Below, piece by piece: positions 8,491 to 16,444 of a DNA stretch of 60,276 bases; within the stretch, counting starts at the first letter, position 1, and every line of letters starts with the position of its first letter. A program made the translations under genes and the position numbers. This DNA is from a virus (lineage: Duplodnaviria; Caudoviricetes): positions 1-60,276 of the IMG/VR virus record IMGVR_UViG_3300036859_000206; one strand, given 5' to 3'. The notes beneath the pieces were generated by a model. The model did not search any database. It saw nothing but the letters and a program-made list of their open reading frames with translations, and had not been told where the DNA came from.

Positions 8491-8736
8491 ATGCCCAAGC
8501 AAAAATTCACCCGCGCGAAGAAGCCGGGCTGGCCGAAAGGGAAGAAACGTGGCCCGCGTACGGCGAAGGCGGTCGCGCCGCTGTGGAAGCAGTCCGTCCA
8601 GGCGGTCGTCAAGGAGGCGGTGGCGCCTGCCGGCCGAACTGTCGACGAACTGCTCGCCGACGCAGATGCCCGTATCGCCAGCCTCACCGCCGCGCGGAAT
8701 CAGTTGGCTGAGGTGGCGAAAATTCTCGGGCTCTGA
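8491..8736 (+). CDS. Small basic protein with AT-hook-like motif and C-terminal coiled coil
   Basis: GGAG RBS; KKPGWPKGKKRGPR. Confidence 0.65.
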   Translation: MPKQKFTRAKKPGWPKGKKRGPRTAKAVAPLWKQSVQAVVKEAVAPAGRTVDELLADADARIASLTAARNQLAEVAKILGL

Positions 8737-8738
8737 AT

Positions 8739-8921
8739 ATGACCCTCACCCTCCGCATCCAATCCGGCAGCCCGACCGACCTCTCGATCTGGCTGCGCGA
8801 GTTCGCCCAGACCATCGAGCTTCGCGGCAAGCTACTCGTCGAGCGGACGGAACCGATGCAGATTCGCAGCTCCAACGGATTGGTCGGAGTCGTGGTGGTG
8901 AAGGCGGAGGATGAGACGTGA
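8739..8921 (+). CDS. Hypothetical protein
   Basis: Coupled short ORF. Confidence 0.55.
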   Translation: MTLTLRIQSGSPTDLSIWLREFAQTIELRGKLLVERTEPMQIRSSNGLVGVVVVKAEDET

Positions 8922-9204
8922 GGCAGATTGGGTTGTTCGAATACGTGGACTGGCAGCCGGTGGGAGTCCGGCGAACCCTGAACGCGGTGTCCGAGTCATG
9001 CTGCAATACATCAACTCGCCGGCGCTAGAACAACAACTTCTCGCGCTCGCCAACGGCAAGCCAGGCGAACGTTACTGCATCGACGGATGCTGGTTTGAGG
9101 TCAATCCTGACGGCGAGACGTGTCGCATCATTGGGTCGCTAGGGTTTCTCTTACACGGCGAACCCGCTCCATCATCTCCGGACGATCCTCCACCGGAATG
9201 TTAG
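8911..9204 (+). CDS. Hypothetical protein (converges on and overlaps the giant gene)
   Basis: GGAGG RBS; 3' end overlaps 9128..14893. Confidence 0.45.
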   Translation: MRREADWVVRIRGLAAGGSPANPERGVRVMLQYINSPALEQQLLALANGKPGERYCIDGCWFEVNPDGETCRIIGSLGFLLHGEPAPSSPDDPPPEC

Positions 9205-12200
9205 GCAGCGCCGAGCGCACTGATCGCAGCAAGGCTGGTCCGAGCTTGTACTGCTTGCGCTCTTGCTCGCTGGCCATGTCCCACGCCTTGATCTTCTGGT
9301 TCAACGGAAGACGAGCAAAGCGGATCGCAGGAACATCTTGATGGGCCTCTGTCCGCAGGTTTTTCACCTGACGTGGCGACAATCCATTGAGGTCTGGAAC
9401 CTCTCCAGCCTTCACCTTCGCCAATTCTTCCTTGAAGCGGTCAGACCGCTCGGCCATCTCCGCGGTACGAGCGCCTTGCGGAAGGGTGTCGAAGTAGCGC
9501 TCAGCGACGTAATCCTGGAAGGCCGTGCGCGACACGTTAGCCGGCGCCGGCGTAATCCCAACGAACGGTGCGACCTTGGCGGCCAACCCTTCGCCAGCCT
9601 TGGCGTTCTTCGCCGCACCCTGCACTGAGTACGGAAGGAACGACTTCGCCATGTACGTGAGGAATTGCTGCACCTCGCGCGGAATTGGATCTTCCGGATT
9701 GAAAATCTGGTTCCCGTAGAAGTCCTTGTTCGACAGCATTTCCGACATCATGGAGAGCGTCGGGTGAAGTTTGTGCTTTAGCGTCTCCACCGGATGCCGC
9801 GAGAACTGCCACTCGTCCTTGACGTATGACGGGAAGGACACACGCTCAGGTGAGCCGTCAGGATTGGTTCGCCCGGTCTTGGGGAAGAAATAATCCTTTG
9901 GCTCCTCTGGGCCTTTGCCAGTGAGAAGCTGCTGTGTCATCGCGCCCATGATGGCCACGGTCGCGTTCAGCGTGATGAGATACGACAGCCGGTTCGACAT
10001 GCGCGCCATGCGCTCATTCGTGACTGTTCCTGCCTTGCCCAAAGGACCGAGATATTCCTCCGGTTTTGCGATACCTTTGACGTCGCTGAGTGAGCCGAAA
10101 ATCAGGCGCAGCGTACCAGCGTTCCAGCCGACCGACTGCACTGACGTATGCAGTGCATCGCGCACCGTCCGATGCCAGAACAGGTTGTCATACGTGAACT
10201 GCCCCAACCGATCGTCGACGTCGGCATTCACCTTGGCGGCGATCTGTCGCATCACATCCGGATTCAGCGCATCGACCGTGCCAGCGTAGTCGCTGGCCTC
10301 CTCGCCGAGCTTCGGCGCGAGCCGTTCGAGTTCGAACTTTGCCAGCATCACGCGAGCCATCATCTTCTGCGCCGGGACCAACCGATGCGCGATCAGCCGC
10401 GTGGTCGACTCGATCAGCGCCGGGAGCGCCTTGCGCGTGGCTGCCGCGGTATCGCCCTGCCGGTACGCGCGGATCGCGGACGTGAAGTCGTTGTTGTACT
10501 CGGTCGACGACATGCGCGCTCTGGCGCCACCTTGGTCGAGGAAGTGGAAGATCGCCTGCATTTGCGGATCGCTGGCTTCCTCGCCGAGATACTGCTTGAG
10601 CAGCGACGCTCCCTTGCCCTTGCCGGCGATCGCCTGCAACGTGTGCGGGATCGCGAGCGCGGCGTCGGCGAACGACTTCATCGACGAGCCGAGATCACCC
10701 TTCGCGAGATAGCGCCAGCCGAGATCTAGGTTCGAGGCCGCCGAGTCGAGCGTGGTCATGCCCGCGTGGAACGCCGAGAGGCCGAGCCGCGCGCTCAGCA
10801 TCATGTTCTGGAACCAGCGGAACGAACGCCACGCCTGGAACTGCCCGAGGCCCTGCGCGAGATGGTTGTTCAGGTCGCGCGCCACGAGGTCCGGTGCGAG
10901 CACGCCGCGGAAGGTCGGATCGTTGACGCGCGAGTAGCCTTGAGGGATCCGCGCGTCGGGGTCGTCCTTGCGGAGCCAGCCGCGCTGCTCGAGCTCGTTG
11001 CGCCAGCGAAGTGAGGCGATCAGCTTCTCGCCGGACTGGTAGCGCGCCATGAAGGCGTCCATCGGGTTCAGCGACGCCGGTTCGAGCCCGGCTTTGATGC
11101 CTTCCTCGTAGTCCTCGTAGAACCTTTGCCTGGTGAACGCCTTGTCGCCAGCGAGGGGGCGCTTGCCGGCGATAGTCTCGAACACGGAGGCCACGCGCTC
11201 GACGGGATCCTTCCACAGCTGGTGCCAGTAGTTCTCGCGCAGGTTCGGCAGATACTTGCCGGCCGGATCCTGCTTGCGGAGATCGTCGTACTGACGGTCG
11301 AGCAAACGGTCGCCGAGATCGATCGCCTGACGAGATACTGGATCGGTGACGGCCTCCTTGCCGCCGCGCTGGAACGCGATGATGTCCTTGTAGGCCGCGA
11401 GCGCCAAACCCTGCCCTTCGAGCCCCTGCTTGCGGAGCTCGCCGACGCGCTTGTCCAGGTGGGTGCGGAAGTCGTCGACCGCAGAGTCCGCCTTCGCGAC
11501 GTTGCGCGCTTGCTCCGCCATCGTGGCCCGGCCGATACCGCGGCCAATCTCGCGCTGGCGCTCGGCGGTCACGGCATCGATCGCGGCAGCGGCCTGGCGC
11601 ACGTCGGCGACGCTGTACAGCGGGCCAACGCGATCCACGCCAGCCATGCTGAGCTTGCTGCCATCGGCGCGCTTCACATGCCGCGCCGCTCGAGCGACCA
11701 GCGCACGAGCCTCAGCCTGCGTGAACTGGATATCCAGCCCCAGCGTCTCGCGCGCGAACCGACGCATCGCGGCGACCACGCGATCGAGCACTGAGGCGTC
11801 GACACCGCGCTCGGCCATGACCGCGAGCGCCTCGCGCGCGAACAGCGCATCGTTGGCGCCGCGATAGCGCTCACTGGCTGAGGCTACGGCGTCGCGGATG
11901 GCGGGTGCGAGTCGTTCCGGGTGCGTGCGCCAGTCGGCGAGCTGGGTCTCGATCGCGGCCCAGGTCTTCTCGCCCGTGATCGCCTCGACCCCGAAGTGGC
12001 CGACTTGCTCGTGCGCGATGATGGACTGTGCGTGGCGCGCGTCGCGAATGTTGTCGCTGACGAGATAGACCTTGCCGTTGTCGAGGTCGGCGTAGCCAGC
12101 GGCGTCAGCGCGGTGCGGCGTGCCGTCAGGTAGCGCGGGAAGATCAGCGGCGGACTTGACGACGACGGTCTCGAGCGCGCCTGGGCGGGCGGCAGCGTAT

Positions 12201-14893
12201 TTCTCGATCGCTGCGTGGTGCTCTGGGGGGCGCTCGGCCTTTGGCTGTTCGCCGGCGTGGTACAGCGGCTCGCCCTTGGCCTTCGCGAACGCAGCCTGCA
12301 TCGCTGTCGGCGGCGGCTCCTCGACACCGGCTGCCTTGCCCTTCGCGATCTCGGTAGCAACGCGCTCGTCCTGCGCGGCTGACTCCAGCGCAGCGAACTG
12401 CTCCGGCGTCTTCGCGCGGTCGGCCTTCTCCTGCGCCGCGAGCTCGGCCTGCCGCTTCTCGAATGCAGCGTCGGTCTCGCCCTTCTTGCGGACGGCCGCG
12501 ACTTGCTTCTCGAAAACTTTGTTGGCGAGGCCGGTGATCTCGGGGTCGGCTGGCTTGGCCGGCGCCGGCGCGGTTACGCGTGCTTCTGGGGCTGCGGCTT
12601 GGACTGGACGGGACTCTGCTCGTCGTTCACCACTTCCAGCTTCGACCCCGGCGGCAGCGTTGCCGCCCAATCCCCGAACGTCATCCCCTGCATGTCCCGA
12701 ACGGGGGTTGACCCCGAGCTTGGCGGCTTTGTTGGCCTTGGCTGCGGCGTTGGCTTCGGGGACGTCTTTGCCGATTCCATAGCTCAGTCCTAGGTTGGTG
12801 ACTTGCTCCACGCGCCCATCGGGCAGCGTGACCTTGATCTTGAGGCTCCCAATTGCAGTTTGGAGCGCCTTTCCGGCCTTTTCAAGCTCAACCGGATCAG
12901 CGGCATTCGTAGCGTGAACGATCTCGTCGCCACCGATCCCGTAGACCTTGCCGGGCAGATGCTCAGCGGCCACCGACATGATGCGGTGGAGCACCTGATC
13001 GCCGCCCTCCTGCCCGAGTCGGTCGTTGACGTTCTTGAAGCGGTCCAAGTCCATGAACAGCATCGGCCCAGAGACATTGCCGCTCTCGACGTCCTTCTTC
13101 AGGCCGCGCAGGTTCCGCATACCATCGATCGGCTCGCCCATCACTTGATGGGTCGTGAGCGCGTTCTCGATGGCCGCTGCGTGGGCCTCCGGCGTGATCG
13201 GCTCTACCGGCCGCGCCCCGACCTCCGGCTGCGCTCCGGCCCGCTCACCGGCGCCTGCCCCGGCTTGCGCTGGCTGTTGTAGATCTTGGCGACCGACGTC
13301 TTGGCCTGCTTCGCTGGGACGCCCTTGGACTCCAGCTTGTCGCGGATTTTCTCGTACTTGATCGATGGCATTCGTGGTCTCCTTCGTGATGGACGGAGAT
13401 GCCGGCGGCTCATTCGCCGGCACCCCCTCGCCTGTGGTCAGCCCTTCAGCCCCACGTACGGGCGCTGGCTCCGTTTGGGCGGCGCCCTGCGTCCATTCGC
13501 CGGTGCCTTGGACTTTTTCGCCTTCACGGATCACCTCCTTCGGTTGTGCGGCGCCCGGCTCGCTGGCTGGCGTGACCTTGGCCGCGTTGGGATTACGCAA
13601 CACCCACTGATCCTTGCCGACGCTGACGACATCGTAGCCGGGGTTCTTCGCTGCGGCCTTGTTCGCGGCTTCGACGTTCCTGAACGGGTTTCCGTTCTTG
13701 TTCAGGATGTCGTTCTGGCTGGCGAGTAGTTCGTCGGCGTCGCGGCGGAGCGCTTCGTAGGAGTTCGGACCGCCAGGCTCAGCCTTCGCGTGGAGCGCTT
13801 CCTGCGTGACCGCCGCGACGTTCGCCGCCTCGGACATGGAGCCTGGAGTCGCCTCGGGATGTGGAACATTAGCCGGAGGTTTCACAGGCGCGGCGCGTCC
13901 GTGGAACAGTGAACCGAACCCGCCGGCGAGCCCGCCGAACGCCGCGCCGGCCGCTGCTGCGCCGCCAGATCCTTCACCGATGTCGCGCGTCTCGCCGGTC
14001 GCCCTGTTGGCCGCCGCGATCTCAGCTGCGTTCTGGCCGACGCCGACGCCAGCGTTCAGCGCCGCATCGGTCATGCCGCCGGCCAGCGCGCGCGGAAGGA
14101 GGCCCTCGCCGACGACCTTCGCCAGCGCCGATTGGACAGGGCGAGCGAATGGTAGGCCGAGAACCATACCGCCGACGCCGCCAGCGATCGACCCTGGAAC
14201 GAACGACCCCTCACCCGCTGCCTTGGCCACGGTCTCGCGAGCGGCGCCTGGAGAGGCTCCTGCTGCGATCTCGGCGGTATAGGCCGGAACCTTCTGGAGC
14301 TCGTCGAACGGCATCGAGCGGATTCGCTCGCCCTCGTGCTCGAGCGCGGCACCGCCGCCGGTTGCGGCCCCGACCGCGCCCATCGTCGCCAGCTGGGTCG
14401 GGACAGACGCGCCGCGCGTTAGGACTGCGGCGCCAATGAACGGGGCCGCGCCGCCAAGAATCTGAGCCGCCTGACCCGCCGCACCCCGCAACGACGGATC
14501 GCCGCGGAAGTGGAGCGACTCGCCCTTGAGGATGTTGCCCTCAACGCCGGTATCGGCAGTGGCCTGAGAGAACTCCGGGCTGACCGACTCGGCGAGTCCG
14601 GCACCCTTGGCCTGGAGCCAGTCTGCCGGCGTGTTCAGGAAGTTGCCGGCGCGCAGGCCCACCGCGGCGGCGATCGGTGCGGCGACCATCTTGGACGCTT
14701 CGCCGAAACCGCGCAGCGCCGAGCCGGTCCCGCTGACGAGCGCTGATCCGGCAGTCTTGGCTACGTCAGCGAGGTCGTCGGTCACGCCGCGTGGCTGGTC
14801 TGAGATGACGGGACCACTGTACGGCTCCAGCTTAGGCCGCGCGAACGTCGCGGTGTCCGGCACCACTTCACCGTCGTATGGCTTAAATTCCAT
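9128..14893 (-). CDS. Giant polyvalent putative ejection/internal virion protein (1921 aa) with GGDEF-like and HExxGH metallopeptidase-like domains
   Basis: Last gene of the virion operon; N-terminal Gly/Ala hydrophobic helices; FMDLDRFKNVNDRLGQEGGDQVL...YGIGGDEI...LSYGIG; IIAHEQVGHFGV. Confidence 0.85.
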   Translation of the reverse strand: MEFKPYDGEVVPDTATFARPKLEPYSGPVISDQPRGVTDDLADVAKTAGSALVSGTGSALRGFGEASKMVAAPIAAAVGLRAGNFLNTPADWLQAKGAGLAESVSPEFSQATADTGVEGNILKGESLHFRGDPSLRGAAGQAAQILGGAAPFIGAAVLTRGASVPTQLATMGAVGAATGGGAALEHEGERIRSMPFDELQKVPAYTAEIAAGASPGAARETVAKAAGEGSFVPGSIAGGVGGMVLGLPFARPVQSALAKVVGEGLLPRALAGGMTDAALNAGVGVGQNAAEIAAANRATGETRDIGEGSGGAAAAGAAFGGLAGGFGSLFHGRAAPVKPPANVPHPEATPGSMSEAANVAAVTQEALHAKAEPGGPNSYEALRRDADELLASQNDILNKNGNPFRNVEAANKAAAKNPGYDVVSVGKDQWVLRNPNAAKVTPASEPGAAQPKEVIREGEKVQGTGEWTQGAAQTEPAPVRGAEGLTTGEGVPANEPPASPSITKETTNAIDQVRENPRQAGVQGRPSEAGQDVGRQDLQQPAQAGAGAGERAGAQPEVGARPVEPITPEAHAAAIENALTTHQVMGEPIDGMRNLRGLKKDVESGNVSGPMLFMDLDRFKNVNDRLGQEGGDQVLHRIMSVAAEHLPGKVYGIGGDEIVHATNAADPVELEKAGKALQTAIGSLKIKVTLPDGRVEQVTNLGLSYGIGKDVPEANAAAKANKAAKLGVNPRSGHAGDDVRGLGGNAAAGVEAGSGERRAESRPVQAAAPEARVTAPAPAKPADPEITGLANKVFEKQVAAVRKKGETDAAFEKRQAELAAQEKADRAKTPEQFAALESAAQDERVATEIAKGKAAGVEEPPPTAMQAAFAKAKGEPLYHAGEQPKAERPPEHHAAIEKYAAARPGALETVVVKSAADLPALPDGTPHRADAAGYADLDNGKVYLVSDNIRDARHAQSIIAHEQVGHFGVEAITGEKTWAAIETQLADWRTHPERLAPAIRDAVASASERYRGANDALFAREALAVMAERGVDASVLDRVVAAMRRFARETLGLDIQFTQAEARALVARAARHVKRADGSKLSMAGVDRVGPLYSVADVRQAAAAIDAVTAERQREIGRGIGRATMAEQARNVAKADSAVDDFRTHLDKRVGELRKQGLEGQGLALAAYKDIIAFQRGGKEAVTDPVSRQAIDLGDRLLDRQYDDLRKQDPAGKYLPNLRENYWHQLWKDPVERVASVFETIAGKRPLAGDKAFTRQRFYEDYEEGIKAGLEPASLNPMDAFMARYQSGEKLIASLRWRNELEQRGWLRKDDPDARIPQGYSRVNDPTFRGVLAPDLVARDLNNHLAQGLGQFQAWRSFRWFQNMMLSARLGLSAFHAGMTTLDSAASNLDLGWRYLAKGDLGSSMKSFADAALAIPHTLQAIAGKGKGASLLKQYLGEEASDPQMQAIFHFLDQGGARARMSSTEYNNDFTSAIRAYRQGDTAAATRKALPALIESTTRLIAHRLVPAQKMMARVMLAKFELERLAPKLGEEASDYAGTVDALNPDVMRQIAAKVNADVDDRLGQFTYDNLFWHRTVRDALHTSVQSVGWNAGTLRLIFGSLSDVKGIAKPEEYLGPLGKAGTVTNERMARMSNRLSYLITLNATVAIMGAMTQQLLTGKGPEEPKDYFFPKTGRTNPDGSPERVSFPSYVKDEWQFSRHPVETLKHKLHPTLSMMSEMLSNKDFYGNQIFNPEDPIPREVQQFLTYMAKSFLPYSVQGAAKNAKAGEGLAAKVAPFVGITPAPANVSRTAFQDYVAERYFDTLPQGARTAEMAERSDRFKEELAKVKAGEVPDLNGLSPRQVKNLRTEAHQDVPAIRFARLPLNQKIKAWDMASEQERKQYKLGPALLRSVRSALPNIPVEDRPEMMERVRRVRETLATQ
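12574..12780 (-). CDS. Possible nested +1-frame ORF directly after the GGDEF domain
   Basis: Same alternative frame as the other two nested ORFs; protein-like MQGMTFGDWAATLPPGSKLEVV; weak RBS. Confidence 0.3.
   Translation of the reverse strand: MESAKTSPKPTPQPRPTKPPSSGSTPVRDMQGMTFGDWAATLPPGSKLEVVNDEQSPVQSKPQPQKHA
13204..13371 (-). CDS. Nested +1-frame gene (55 aa, MPSIKYEKIRDKLESKG...AKIYNS) inside the giant gene
   Basis: AAGGAG 7 nt upstream of ATG; near-uniform GC3 in this frame while the host frame reads like an off-frame translation. Confidence 0.65.
   Translation of the reverse strand: MPSIKYEKIRDKLESKGVPAKQAKTSVAKIYNSQRKPGQAPVSGPERSRRSGRGR
13438..13527 (-). CDS. Nested +1-frame basic micro-ORF (29 aa, MKAKKSKAPANGRRAPPKRSQRPYVGLKG)
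   Basis: GTG immediately after AAGGAGGTGATCC, the full complement of the 16S rRNA 3' end. Confidence 0.5.
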   Translation of the reverse strand: MKAKKSKAPANGRRAPPKRSQRPYVGLKG

Positions 14894-14896
14894 TGC

Positions 14897-16444
14897 TCAG
14901 CCGCCGACTACCTGCTTGCCGTTCTTGTCCTTGTAGACCGGCTTGCCGTCCGGCGTCGATCCCACGCGCGTATAGCCCTCTGGCACGCTCTTGCTGGCCG
15001 CAGCCTCTGCCAGACCGCTGAGCTGCCGCGCGAGCGCGTGTTCCTCCTCACTGGGTGCCTGCAACGGATCGTACTGGCCGAGCTTAAGTTTCTCCTGATA
15101 GATCTTCAGGAAGTTATTCTGCGACTCGGTGTTCTTGGTCGACTTGAGCGGCTGGCCCTTCTCGTCCTTGATGAGCGAGGTGGCCCCGCCGCGGAGGAAA
15201 TACTGGTTGCCCTCGGAGTCGGCGACGACCTGACCGCGGTTGCGCGCCTCTTGCTCCGCGAGCGAGGTCCGCTCGGCACGGTTGAGCGCGCCCTCGCTGA
15301 CGTCCACGCCGAGCCTCTCGCCCAGTCGGCTGGTATCGCCCGCCTGTCGCAGCTGCTCGCCGGTGAGCCCGAGGCGTCCGGCGAAATCCTGGGATCCCTG
15401 GTTGATATGTTCGTGCAGGAATTGTGCTGCTAGGGTCTTGCCCGTGCGCGTAGTGTCCTTGCGGAGTTCGGCGTAGATCGAACCGGCAGCGCTGCGCGGG
15501 TCCTGAATCTCTGACAGCCTCGAATCGCGCAGACGTGCGGCATTGGCGACATCGGCATTCGGGTCGTAGGTGGGACGCTGGAATGACGCCGCGCGCTCAG
15601 CCGGTACCCGATTTGCCGCCGCGGTGTATTCCGGACTACCCAGCGGAATGCCTGCCGCGCCGGACGCCGCAGCATCGGACGGCACATAGCTCACCGCGCC
15701 ATTGTTCTGAAGGGCAGCAATGTCTGACCCGCTCATGGTTTGCGGAATGCCGCCACGCGCGAAGTCGGAGAATACGCGTACGCCGTTGATGGTCTGGCCA
15801 TAGCCCAAGTCTCGGCCTGACACCGATGTCGCGTTCGCCGACGGAATGGCTGGAGCCGGAGCGCCGTAACCACCGCGCAGGTTGATCGGCGGGCCCGCAA
15901 ACTGGTCCGGCGCAACCGCTGGCTTTACCGGGCTTACAGGCGCTGGAGCGGCCGGCATTACGCCACCACCGCCTCCGCCGGACACGGCGCCTACAGCGGC
16001 GGGCGCAGCTCCGTTACCTCCTCCGCCGGACACTCCGAAAAGACCCCTAGCGACATCCGCCGCAGTACGTGCCACCATTTTCCCTGGAGCGCTGGCCAAA
16101 TCGTTCACGGCTCCGATGGACCGCCCCAGCAATGGGACGCTGGCTCGCACATCTGCGCCTAAGCGATAGGCCGGTGATCCAGTCGGCGATGCTCCCGCCG
16201 TTACCGGACCCGGTGCGTCGATAATCGTAGCTGGGCGCGCAAGCGATGCTGCTCGAGCTTCAGGCGATGACAAGCCACCAGGAGGGGCAGTCCGCTGGAA
16301 TTGCGGCATCGGGATGGCAGCGTCGGCGCCAATGGCGGTCGCTGGAATCCCCGATGCAACGCCACCGCGATAGTCGGGGCGAGAGAATTCGGCAAGCCGC
16401 CCGGCTGAACGGCGCCTGCGATCCTCATCGGTCATCGTCGCCAT
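14897..16444 (-). CDS. Putative ejection / DNA-pilot protein
   Basis: Ala/Gly/Pro-rich, 515 aa, located before the giant protein. Confidence 0.65.
   Translation of the reverse strand: MATMTDEDRRRRSAGRLAEFSRPDYRGGVASGIPATAIGADAAIPMPQFQRTAPPGGLSSPEARAASLARPATIIDAPGPVTAGASPTGSPAYRLGADVRASVPLLGRSIGAVNDLASAPGKMVARTAADVARGLFGVSGGGGNGAAPAAVGAVSGGGGGGVMPAAPAPVSPVKPAVAPDQFAGPPINLRGGYGAPAPAIPSANATSVSGRDLGYGQTINGVRVFSDFARGGIPQTMSGSDIAALQNNGAVSYVPSDAAASGAAGIPLGSPEYTAAANRVPAERAASFQRPTYDPNADVANAARLRDSRLSEIQDPRSAAGSIYAELRKDTTRTGKTLAAQFLHEHINQGSQDFAGRLGLTGEQLRQAGDTSRLGERLGVDVSEGALNRAERTSLAEQEARNRGQVVADSEGNQYFLRGGATSLIKDEKGQPLKSTKNTESQNNFLKIYQEKLKLGQYDPLQAPSEEEHALARQLSGLAEAAASKSVPEGYTRVGSTPDGKPVYKDKNGKQVVGG

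Noticed and set aside
10695-12360. Other off-frame ORFs inside the giant gene
   Set aside because: Arg/Ser/Pro-rich shadow composition and no SD, unlike the nested ORFs reported.
13528-13540. GGATCACCTCCTT, identical to the 16S rRNA 3' end
   Set aside because: Only 13 nt with no rRNA context; better explained as a Shine-Dalgarno on the minus strand.
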